Source: Octopus vulgaris
Taxonomy: Eukaryota
Assembly (NCBI GenBank): GCA_951406725.2
Contig: OX597826.1
Span: 65,968,001 to 66,032,000, forward strand
Reading direction: 5' to 3'
DNA length: 64,000 bases
Shown here: piece after piece, positions 12,422 to 25,400 of the stretch
Numbering within the stretch: position 1 is the stretch's first letter
Layout of the letters: the number at the start of each line of letters is the position of its first letter
Made by a program: the position numbers and the translations under genes
The notes under the pieces: generated by a model
What the model was told of the DNA's origin: nothing
What the model saw: only the letters and a program-made list of their open reading frames with translations
The model's database searches: none

Positions 12422-15400
12422 TTTTTCCCCCATCATTGCTTGACAACCAATGCTGGCATGTTTAGGTCCCCTTAACCTAGTGGTTTGGCTAAAGTACTAG
12501 GTTTACAAACAATAAGCTCTGGGGTTGGTTTCTTCAACTAAAACCTTTTAAGGCAGTGCTCCAGGATGGCCACAGTCAAATGACTGAAACAAGTAAAATA
12601 AAAGAAGATGTATATATATACACACACACGACAGTCTACAAAATCCACTGACAAGGCTTTGGTCGACCCAAGGCTATAGTAGAAGACACTTGTCCAAGGT
12701 GCCCCACACAATGGGACTGAACCTGGAACCATGTAGTTGGGAAGCAAACTTCTTACCACGAAGCCACACATGTGCCTGTGAAAGAAATTCATGAAATGTG
12801 GGGCTTGTTTTTTATTTCTTCATATAACATGAGAAGTTTATGAGTCAAGAGAAAGGACTTCTAAGTGCTAAAATACAAAATAATAGCTGTTTCCAAGGGA
12901 TTTTATACACCAACTAGCAGTATCGCCTGGCATTGCTCGGGTTTGTAAGGGAAATAACTATATAAGCATTTTTAGAGAGTTATAGCCAAAAAATAGCAAA
13001 AAAAATGCATTAAAAAAGGAAAAAAAATGATAAATTTTTTAAAAATCGTTGACTCATTGTAGACATTTTTAGAGAGTTACTTCCCTTATATAATATCGAA
13101 AAGAATGCATTAAAATGGAAAAAAATGATGGTAAATTTTTTTTTTAATCGTAGACTCATCGTAGACGTGCGCTAATACCCAGAAGGGCTCGATATGAATC
13201 ACGACTATAAGATACCCGGTTTTGGTTAAACTGCACCGCAAAATGTGGGAGCAGTTAGGAATCTAAATCGTAGGAGACAGATACACAACTTGACTTTTAT
13301 ATATAAAGATTTCAGACAGAAGATTAATTGACACATTCTCAGGACTTGTGGTCACCTGGCAATCAATAGTTATACAATTTACGTCCTTGCAATAGACCCA
13401 TTATTCTTTTCTGACAGAAACTAGAGATTCAGAAATTCTATTAACAACAAGGAAGCACAAAGAGAGAGCAATCATCTGTGAAGAGAGAGTGATCACCACA
13501 GCCGGACAATTTTCATTTGCTTCTGATATACTTCGGTGTTCTTTTTAACACAGAAATGTCTATAAGAGATACTGCTTAGGACAAATACTGCAGTGAATCA
13601 AGCCTTCCATGATGTATCTGCTTTAAGTGTGATACACAGATTGTGGTTTTAAACTAATGTTGCTTCAGCTGCATATAATGAATATATAGTCTTATTTAAT
13701 CTGATGTGCAACACAAATACAAAAAAAAAAAAAAGCGACATTTGGGAACCATTGATGTTATTTTATAAGCCACCCGTAACCATTATCCACACTGCAACAC
13801 CACCAACACAGCCTTTGCTACAATAGTTTCTATATCACCACTACTTCAACGATCCCCTCACACCACAAGCAAGTACTGAAAAGTTCCTGGTTTTAAGGGT
13901 GTCATGAAAGGTCTGGTTGGAGGCCCAACCTTCTGAGTTCCTTTACAGGCTTTAGGAAAACTGAAGGACTTCAGCAATAAGTGTGTGAATTTGGGAGGGG
14001 AATATCTTGAATAAAATCATAATTAACTGATCCTCTTGAATTTTTCTTTTACCCAAAGCCAGGCACTTTTCAGCATCCTCTTGTACATCACTATCACCAC
14101 TAAAATAATTTCACATACTACATCACCACTACAATCATGCACACTATAAAATTAACCACCATAACAAACGCCCATACTATAGCATCACACTATAACACCA
14201 CAACAGGGTTACTACTTACGCTTGATGTCCCTAAACAGGTAGGCACCGACAAAAGACATAATGATGACAGACGCAGGTAAAGCATAGTCAGAAAACATCT
14301 CCCTCTTGGCAGATGTTAGGTAGGGGCTGAAAAATAGAATGCAATACGGGTATACTGTATATTGTAGAGAGGTATCAATAGAATAAGGCAAACATAACAT
14401 GTATGAAATATGGTAGAGGAGCAGGGATAGAACATTGCATGAGTGATATAATAGAGTCTCACATTTGTAATATAGTAAGCTGAAAAACTACAATCAAAGG
14501 GAGATTATGCAAAAAAAAAAAAAAGAAAAGAAAATTCCCTGCAGGTGTGTTTAAAAGCTAGAAGAGAACACTCAAGGGAGGTAATTCTAATAAGCTCAGC
14601 AGACTGAACTTTTTAGACATGAAACACAATGCAGCAGATTGGACATTGCAGATAAATGAAGAAAACAAGAACATGTGTTAATCGTATTAGGCCTCTTTGA
14701 TATGGAATATATTCAGCACAACTGGCAAGACACAAAATCCAACCAGCCAGCCAGCCACACACATAGTGAAGTGAGGATGAATGCTCAACACCACATTGGT
14801 GGATTAATTTCTTTATTTGTGGTTTAACAATGAATTGTTTGAGGACTGACAGTGAATAGTTAGAGCTAATATATATGTGTGTATGTATACTCTTTTACTT
14901 GTTTCAGTCATTTGACTGCAGCCATGCTGGAGCACCGCCTTTAGTCGAGCAAATCAACCCCAGGACTTATTCTTTGTAAGCCCAGTACTTATTCTATCGG
15001 TCTCTTTTGCCGAACCGCTAAGTGACGGGGACGTAAACACACCAGCATCAGTTATCAAGCAATGCTAGGGGGACAAACACAGACATACAAACACACACGT
15101 ACATACATACATACATACATATATATATAGTGTTTCTATGGCTGGATGCCCTTCCTAACGCCAACCACTCCGTGAGTGTAGTGGGTGCTTTTTACGTGCC
15201 ACCCGCACAGGTGCCAGACAGAGCTGGCAAACGGCCACGAACGGATGGTGCTTTTACGTCCGTTCGTGGCCGTTTGCCAGCTCTGTCTGGCACCTGTGCG
15301 GGTGGCACGTAAAAAGCACCGACTGGGCCTGATGAAGCCTTCCAGCTTCACAGACCCCAGTTGAACCGTCCAACCCATGCTAGCATGGAGAACGGACGCT

Positions 15401-18400
15401 AAATGATGATGATGATGATGATGATACATATATACGACAGGCTTCTTTCAGTTTCCGTCTACCAAATCCACTCACAAGGCTATAACAGAAGACACTTGCC
15501 CAAGATGCCACGCAGTGGGACTGAACCCGGAACCATGTGGTTGGTTAGCAAGCTACTTACCACACAGCCACTCCTGCGCCTGTGTATGTATATATATATA
15601 TATATAGATATGTTAGGTCATCCTATAAATAATGTGGGTTTATATTTATCAAAACTAAGATAAACAAAGTTCTTTTTTAATCTAAAATATACTCTCCTTC
15701 ATTTTCTACAATGCTCTTCCATTTATCCGGCAGACTTGCAAGGCCCCGCTTCCAACATTCACTTGTCCGTGACGTAAAATGTTCCTCCAGGATTGTTCTG
15801 ACCTCATCTACAGAATTCATATTTTTTCTGTCCAAATGATTTTGAAGACTGCAGAATAAATGACAATCATATGGACAATGTCCAATGAATATGGTGGGTG
15901 GGGCATTGTTTCCCATTCAAACTACTCCAGCCTTTGGAATGTCATCCTCGCTGCATGTGGCCGAACATTATCCTTATTGAAGAATACGTTTTGTCTTGAA
16001 ACCAAAGACGGTCATTTTTCTTCTAGCGCTGACTTAAGCCGCTCAAGCTGCTCACAGTAGATCTCCTTTGTTATTGTTTGGTTTGGATTTAAAAACTCTA
16101 AGTAGACTAAACCTGTCATATCCCACTAAACAGATAACACTTTATGTACCTCTATAGCCTGGGTTGCTGGTGTTTCTCCTTTCCCTACCCACTGTCTTTG
16201 GCGTTTGACATTTTTACAGAGAACCCATTTCTCGTCACCAGTCACGATTCAGTCCAAAAAAAAAGTTCATTCATCAGACACGACAGCAAAGAAGAATACA
16301 CATTCACTCTCTGCATGTGATTAGACTTGGAAAGTTTGTGAGGAACCCACTGACCCAAATTACTGGCTTTTCTGATGGCACGCAGGTGTTGATGAATGGT
16401 TGAATGACCAAATTCAAGCTTTTCTGCTTGTTCCTCAACAGTTACAATAGGATTTTGTTCCACCAGGGTTTGCAGGATGTCCTCGTTGAACTCTATAGAC
16501 CTTCCAGGACAAGACTTGTCTTCTAGGCTATAGTTTCTAGATTGGAATTTCTAGAACCATCGTTGACACTGGCTTACACTTATTGCCTTTAATGAACTCA
16601 AACCAAAATATGCCGAATATGCTCCATTGTCACTTCCATTATAACTTTGAAAAGATAAGTGTTAAAATCGAACTGCACTCTTCAAAACTTGCACTAAGAA
16701 CAAGTACAAGGTAAAATTACTACCTGCTTTTAGAGCAAGTTGAAGCAAGTAGTTTATCCCATCCCCCTTCGACTTTTAATTCATGTAATTGAAAGAAACC
16801 ACATTATTTATGGGATGACCAAATATACAGGGGTTGGACAAAATAATGGAAATACCTTAAAATTTCAAACAAATTTATTTTAATATGGGGTAGGACCACC
16901 TTTGGCAGTAATTACAGCTTGAATGTTTCCAAAGGAATTTTCGTCCATTCTTCAGCTAAAACAGTTTCTAGTTCTTGTAGTGATGATGGTAGAAGATATC
17001 GACTCCTTACTTGATTTTTTTCTAAAATGCACCATAAATGTTCAATAATATTGAGATCTAGGGACTGTGGTGGCCATGGAAAAGAAGCCTGCGCTGGTGC
17101 CACATAAAAAGCAACCAGTACACTCTGTGAAGTGGTGGGCACTAGGAAGAGCATCCAGCTGTAGAAACCATGCGCCAAGAAACAACTGTAACCTGGGCAG
17201 CTACCCAGCTGGTCAGTTCTTGTTAAGCTATGCCAGCATGGGAAGAGGAAGTTAAGTGATGATGAGGATATATACATATATATAGAGAGAGAAAGAGTGA
17301 GGGAAGAGAAAGAAAGAAAAAGAGATGTTCACACAACCATAGTGTTGGTATTCACTGAGGGTGATAATGATAATGGCAATGAGGATGCAAACTTTAATGA
17401 GAATGATGGGACTGATGATGGATATGATAAAAATGATACAGGAGGAAAAATTTAACATTAAAAACCCAGATTTTATTCCACTTGTGCCAAGAGAGCCAAT
17501 CCTTAACAACACTTAGCTAAGTAATAAATTTTTTTTTTTTAAATTAAAATATGGAGGAAACTTACGTATTTTTGAAGTTAAACAAGGATACTCCTACCCA
17601 AAGCGTTGCAAGTAGTAGAAATAAATAGAGGATACTTTTTTCTGGAGAACAGGTGTGCAGGCCATCCGTCAAAGTACTGGTCAGATTATCATGACACTGT
17701 GTGTTGTAGTATGTGTCAAAATCTACATAGATGCAAAGATATGTATTACAGATGTGCTCAAGCCTAAATAAATACGGGGACATGTTATACAAGGAGGTAC
17801 CCAAAAGTAATTGGAAACGTTTTCTGTGAGACAAGCCTGTTGCAGTTCAGACTTTTGCCGCTAGAAGCCACTTGATGCCACCCTCAGTCATCAGTCTGCT
17901 GATCAGCATCATTGAGTGAAGTCATACTGCCACATGGTGCATCATTCGTTTGCAGTGCTTCTCCCCTGTTCACCTGTTCATCAATTTTTGCAATGGCTGA
18001 ATCGAAGGAACAGCATGCTGCTGCAAAATTATATTTTCCGCTGGGGGGAAAAACGGCAGCTGAAACAGTTATCATGCCTCAGAATTACAAGGATGCTGCC
18101 ATGAGCACAGCGAAAAGCTTACGAGTGGTTTTCATGCTCTGGTGGTGGTGGTCACTTGCTGCTTGAAAGACCAGTCATGTTCAGGGCAACCATCAATCTC
18201 CCAAACTAATGGAAACATCACAAAAATCCATGAACTGATCTTGGAGGAGAGTCACTAAACGATTCAGAAGCTTGTTGATATGACTGGTGTATCCTGGAGC
18301 TCCTGCTGCCACCGAATTTTGAGCAAGGAATTTTGGATGAAAAAAGTTGCAGCAGAATTTGTGCCTCGCTTGCTCACAGAAGATCAAAAAACAGTCATTA

Positions 18401-19034
18401 CTGAATGTGCGTTGGGAACTGAAGAACAGTTGGAAGTTGATCCGGATCTTCTTTTTTGAAGGTCATCACTGACAACGAAAGCTGATGCTACGGCTACGAC
18501 ATGGAAACAGAGCAGCAACCAAATCAATGAATGCATTCAATGTGACCGCCACACCAGCAAAAAAGTGCGTCAAGTGAAGTTGTCCAATGTCCAGACGGTG
18601 CTGATTTGTTTCATCAATGCGAAAGGAAATGTCCACACAGTATTTGTTTCTCCTGGTCAAACTGTAAACCAGACATTTTACTTGGTATAAAAAGTGGAGG
18701 AAGAGAAAGAAGAAGAAGAAGAAAAGAAAAAAGGGAAAGAGGAAGAGGAAGAGGAAGATCAAGAGGAAGACGGAGGAGAAGTGGAAGATGGAAGAGACGA
18801 CGAAGAAGAAGAGTAAGACGAAGAAATGGAAGACAAAGGAGAAGATGAAGATAAAGGAAGAGGGAGGAAAAGAAGATGGAGAAAAGAGGGAGACAAAGGA
18901 GGCAGGGACGACAAAGTAAAAGGGGACGACGAAGGAGAAGAAGAAAAAGAAGACGAAGATGTGAAGGAGAAGAAGACGAAGAAGAAGAGGAAGAAAAAGA
19001 AGGGGAAGAAAAAGAAGGGGAAGAAGAAGAAGAG

Positions 19035-19072
<38 letters not shown>

Positions 19073-19094
19073 AGAAGAAGAAGAAGAAGAAGAA

Positions 19095-19141
<47 letters not shown>

Positions 19142-20187
19142 AGGAGAAGAAGAAGAAGGAGGAGGAGGAGAAGAAGAAGAAAACAAAGGAAAAGAAGACG
19201 AAGAAAGAAAAGCCACTTCTACTCACTCAGGGCCAAACTTTTAAAACTGTCAACAGTAAAAGCTATTGCGATGAATAATGCAAAGATTTCTTCTGAAGAC
19301 CTGAAAGAAAGAAAGAACGAGAGAGTGTATGGCCAGATGGAGCACCAAACATTAGTTACAAAAGTAAACTTGTGGAGAAATGGGTGATTGCTTAAACTGA
19401 TAACAAGACAGAGAGGAAAACTGAAGTAACAGCATTGAGGGCCTTAAAAGGACTGGAGGCAACATGGCAGACATGTTAAACAAGGTTAACGAGTTGAGTA
19501 CATAATGAAAGGTAACTGAACTTAGGGGTCACAAAGGGGATTGGGAAATCAGTTCCCTTTTCTTTCAGTCCCACTCCACAGCACTTTGGGAGAATGTCTT
19601 CTACTCTAATCTCTGAGCCAACCAATACCTTGGTAGATGGAAACTGAGTGGAAGCCTGACTTGCTAAATCCACAATTTTTTTTTTTTTTTCTCTGTTTAT
19701 TTTCTCTTATTCCTTTCTGTTGAAGAGCATAGGCTCGAAACATAAAAGACATTTTCACATTCCCAAGCATCAAACTAATACACTTGCTTGTTGTTCATAC
19801 ACCTGTCTTCGTCTTTGTTTTTCTATAAATTTCAACTATATATATATATATGTATGTATTATCCGAAAAGTATAGTATGAAATATCCATCACGGCTGGTC
19901 TTACCAATCGGTTTTGCTTAAAGAATACAATGGAGAGTTAGGTAACAAATCAATTATATTACTCATCATTTAAAGTATGGCATGGGTTGGACAGTTTGAC
20001 AGGAGCTAGCAAGGCCAGGGGCCACACCAGATGCTATTGTCTGTTGTGGTTTCTACAGCTTGATGCCCTTCCTAAAGCTAACCACTGTACAGAGTGTACC
20101 AGGTGCTTTTTTACATGGCACCATCATTGGTGCTTCTTATGTGGCACCATCATCAGTGCTTTTATTACACACACACACATGTGCACA

Positions 20188-20233
<46 letters not shown>

Positions 20234-22381
20234 TGTGTTTGTACCCCACCAGCAATTGACAAACGGGGTTGATTTGTTTATATCACTGTAACTTTGCAGT
20301 TCAGCAAAACAGATCAACAGAGTAAGAACGGGTTGATTTGCTCAACTAAACCTGTCAAAGTGGTGCCCCAGCATGGCCACAATCCAATGACTGAAACAAA
20401 TGAAAAAAAGGAAAAGAAAAGACTCGTGACCAACATTACAAACAGACAATAGCTTTCAAAGAAGCAATTTAGATTGATAACCGACAGGAACACCACTGAC
20501 ATTGTTATGGTCCTTAGATTCTAAGAAATGTAGGGAACAGAACAAGGGACTGTATGCATTATCTGTAAATGTTAGTGGAGAGTTCAACACTGCAAACATA
20601 AGAGTAAAGGGTAAAGATCCTCTTCGGTCACAAATAATGATGGAGTTGCACCTAGAAAGTTCCCTTTCGAGGCACAATCCCGGGCAAGGTTGTTTGTGAA
20701 AGACCAGCAGTTGCCCATGCATATCAGTCACCCCTCTCCATGCCACTGATGTTGTCCAAGGGAAAGGGGCCGATACAGCTTGGCACCAGCGATGTTGCAA
20801 CTCATTTCTACAGCTGAGTGAACTGGACCAATGTGAAATAAAGTGTCTTGCTCAAGAACGCAACACACAGCTCAGTCCAGGAATCAAACTCACAACCTCA
20901 CAATTGTAAGCTCACAACTCTAACCACTAAGCTAAGTACCTACTTATGCTCAACCCTGTATATAGTTGACCACTGTGTCAAGATGACCAACTTGAAAGCC
21001 AGTGGTCAATAGACAAAACTGAATCAGTGCAACTAAATTAGGGAAACTAAAGAATACTAACTATATAGCTGTGGGGATGAGGTAAACTGGAACGAAAAGG
21101 GAGAAGCATCAACAGCTGAGGGGCCCCACCAGAAGAGGAAGAGGGAGTAATGAAGTGAGGAATGTCACACCAGCGTGGTCCTCTTTTTGGCCTTGGGCAG
21201 TTATCGTGGATGGACGCATGTGGACATGTGCATGAGACAGGGCCTTAGCAGTAGGTCTAGCGGTAGGTGAGACAAGTAGGGTGTGTCTTGGATTTACTGC
21301 AGCTGGACAGTCGACACTGAGAGGTAGTTGAACCGTATTTTGTTCCTCACATTACAGTCCCCTCATACAATAGCAAACTGGGCTGGACATTGTATCAAGA
21401 TGATGAATGATCAGTAGACATTCTGCTGACCACAATTATCAGGATACTTAAATAATTGATATACTCACCTAGTAGACCATTGCATCAGGATACTCAGATC
21501 AAAGAATGAATAGATGAAGAGGAAGAATGTATTCCAGAGCCCCACACAACCAAACATGGCCGCGAAATCAATATCAAAATCCTTACAAATACTGTAGATA
21601 ACTAGAATGGGAGATAAGATAATACGTATCATGTTAATAGACATGAACAATCTATAAAGTTAAATGCTATGTAATATAACACATCATACATGGCACCAAA
21701 CACTATATCATTACAAGACTGCTACACCACCATCACCACAAAACAAAAGCACATACCATCTGTTTCTTTATTACCCACACGGGGCTAAACACAGAGAGGA
21801 CAAACAAGGACAGACAAACGGATTAAGTCTATTACATCGAGCCCAGTGTGGGAGCCGGTACTTAATTTATCGACCCCGAAAGGATGAAAGGCAAAGTCGA
21901 CCTAGGTGGAATTTGAACTCAGAACGTAGCATCGGGCAAAATACCGTGAAGCACTTCGCCCAGCGTGCTAACGTTTCTGCCAGCTCGCCACCTTTGAAAG
22001 CACACACCATCAGCAACACCTGCACACTACAATACTATACGCCGTGGTGATCTCATTCTTGCTCACAACATCATAAGCGGTAAGTGTAACCTCTCGAAAG
22101 AGCTGTTTTTCACTCCTGCTCCAGAGCGTCAGCTGCGGGGTCATTCCGAGAAGCTCTATCTGCGACGATTTCATCTCAATCGAAGGAGAGGGGGCTTTCT
22201 CCGTCCGGGTTGCGGATCCGTGGAATAAGCTGCCGGATGAGATGGTGAAGATGCCAATGACCGCTCGGTTCAAAGTCTCCCTTGACCACAAGTGGCCTGA
22301 ACTCTTTACATGAACACCACCCTGTACATAACTCCATGTCCCCCTACATGGCCTTGCTTTTTGCTTTTTGAGCCAAAAAAT

Positions 22382-22416
<35 letters not shown>

Positions 22417-25400
22417 ACAACACCACCATTACAAAATACAAAAGTAGCCAATGAATGAGCCTCTACATGGTTGTGCAACCTCTTGCATAATGTACAAACA
22501 CACACACACACACACACACATACATATTGAGAATTGCATAAAACAATAAATAATAGCAAGTAAATATCAAGTGGCTGAGTACTCCACAGATATGTGTACC
22601 CTTAAACGTAGTTCATAGGCAGACTCAGTGTAACACAGGTTGCAACAAGGCTGGCCCTTGTGAATTACAGGTACTCCTCATTTTTGCCAGCTGAATGAAC
22701 TGTAACAATATGATTTTAAAATATCTTGTTGACGGACACAATGCACCACCAGGAATTGAACTCCTGACTTTACAATTGTGAACCACAAATGCTAACCACC
22801 AAGCCACATCTTTATTTCCAGGTGACTCAGTCAGGCCCACAACTACATTAGGATGTAAGGGCAATGCTAAAGTTTCCTTTCACATATAGCTTATATCTAA
22901 GGGCTGTTGTTTACCTCTGATCAAAGGCATTCCAACTTTGACCATCACATTTAGGACTTCATTGACCAACGTTGAGCAAAGACAGTCAGGTGTGATTTTA
23001 AGATGAATTCAGCTTCAACTTCTGGCAAATAACGATTGATTACATGGAAACTAAGCACACTTGGTTTGTCTGGTGATTCTATAAATTGCATGGCACCAAA
23101 ACAACAACAACAACAAGAATAAGAGATAATGGCAAAGCCTTACTTTTGGTGTAAAGAGCCAATGGGGCAGTGGTGAGCAGAACAATCTGCGGTGTTCCAC
23201 CAAACAACGCAAACACTAACCCTCCAAATATTTGGGAGTAGATCACTGTCTCGACATCTGGAGAACATAAATATATTGGTTAACAACAACAACAACAACA
23301 ATAATAAGGGTTTAACATAAAGGAACAAAGCACACTATAATCAGCTTAATCAAACCCAGCGCAGCACTGGTACATATTTATATTTTATCTACCTTGGAAA
23401 GAGGAGAAACAAATAATAATAGTAATAGTAATAATAATGGTTTCAAATTTTGGCACAAGGCTGGCAATTTTGGGGGAGGGGGGGAGTCGATTACATTGAC
23501 CCCAGCGCTCAACTGATACTTTATTTTATCGACCCTGAAAGGAAGAGAAGCAGAGTCAACTTTGGTGGAATTTGAACTCAGAATGTGAAGATGGGCAAAA
23601 TGCTGCTAAACTAATGATTCTGCCGACTTGTTGACATCATAATGATAATAATAATAATAATAATAATCCTTTCTACTGAAAGCACAAGGACTTGAAATTT
23701 GTGGGGAGGGAACTAATCGATTACATTGACCCCAGTATTTCACTGGTACTTAATTTATTGATCCCGAAAGGATGCAAAGCAATGTTGACCATGGAAGAAT
23801 TTGAACTCAGAACATAGTGGCAGATGGAACACTGCTAAGCATTTTGCCTGGCATGCTAATGATTCTACCAGCTCACCGCCTTAATAATAATAATAGATGG
23901 GCTACAGCAAATATTCTGCTCAATACCACAGATTTACTTGTCAGTTGTTTGACCATAACCAGTTGAGCATGTCCCTTAGTGGCTGACGATATGTGCATCT
24001 CTGATCACGAGCAGAAGTAGTGGGGGAGCATCATAGCTATGTATTGAGAGGGATTCTTTGGGGTTTGAATAATTCACCTCTGGAAACATGGGTGTTTCGT
24101 TCAACATCCTAAAGCAACCCTTATTCAGGGACCTTTTGAGCAGGATGGGCTACTCGACCTGAAGAAAATTCTAACTGGGCCCCACCTGCAAGGTCATGTG
24201 CTGTTTATCTTGATATGAGATCACCATGTCGCGCACATATGGTTGTGATGCATGTGCCTGTGTATACCCTTATCAGATGGGTAGTCATGATGGGTATACT
24301 GGGCTTCATATATTTTACCCCAGTGTCACTTTGATGGCATGCACTGCTCTCTCACTCAATAATAATAATAATAATTCTTTCTACTGGAAGCACAAGGCCT
24401 CAAACTTGGGAGAAGTGATTAAGTCAATTACATCAACCCCAGTGCGTAACTGGTATTTATTTAATTGACCCCCAGCAGAATTTGAACCTCGAACATAAAG
24501 ACAGGTGAAATACCACTAAGCATTTTGCCCCGTGTGCTAACGACTGCCAGTTTGCCACCTTAATAATAATAATAATAATTTGATTTGCTGTCTTGAATTT
24601 AACATATTTCTCCAGTTGTAGCAATACAGTCATGGAGCTGTACTAATCAGCTACTTTGTCATAACTGCAGAGTTTATCTATTCCCATGTGAATAAATTAT
24701 TGTTTGTATTCATCATTCATAGACCAACATGAAAACTACTCTGTGCAGTGAATAACACTTGTGTTGATTGTTCACGACGTGTTGTTCAGCATCTACATGC
24801 AGCCAGTAAACCAACACAACCACATTGTGAAACACAAACCTTGTCATGACACATGAATAATCTGTCAGAATTTTAAAACATTAAACATACGAAACTAAGA
24901 GAGAAAAATATCCAACATTAGACTAAACATAAACAGTTATAAATTTGTGAATGTACACTGGAATATTGGTTTCAAATTCTGGTACAAGGCCAGCAATTTT
25001 GGGGGAGGGGACAAGTCAATTACATTGACCTCAGTATTCAGCTGGTACTTTTTTTTTTATCAACCCCGAAAGGATAAAAGGCAAAGTCAACCTCAGAAGA
25101 ATTTGAACTCAGAATGTAAAGACGGATGAAATGTGTAGTGGCACAAGCAGTCAGCACCATATTGGATGAGATCTTGCAGCAGCCATTGCCATCTCCGAGA
25201 CTGGAGCGAGACCTCACCGGCATCCATTTGCCATGCGTGAGATCACAAGGAAGCTCGTGATGGCAAACTGTATATAAGGAAAAAGCAGAAACAGATTCAG
25301 TCTTTTCCTTTCCACCTCTTAGCAGCAGCACTTGCTGATCGCACTCCATTGGCTTGCTCTGTCTGTATGTTGTACCTCCAGAGGCAATGTGCCCGCACTA

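Noticed and set aside
18466-19278. Poly-E/K/S/F ORFs
   Set aside because: Translations of the (GAA)n tract.
19716-19750. TGAAGAGC..GCTCGAAAC motif (similar at 36026-36052) and CGAAACGCGC at 3782-3791
   Set aside because: Penelope-like words, but core or stems too incomplete to call hammerheads.
21060-21425. Possible LINE endonuclease remnant (GDCN motif, minus strand)
   Set aside because: Too degraded to support without alignment.
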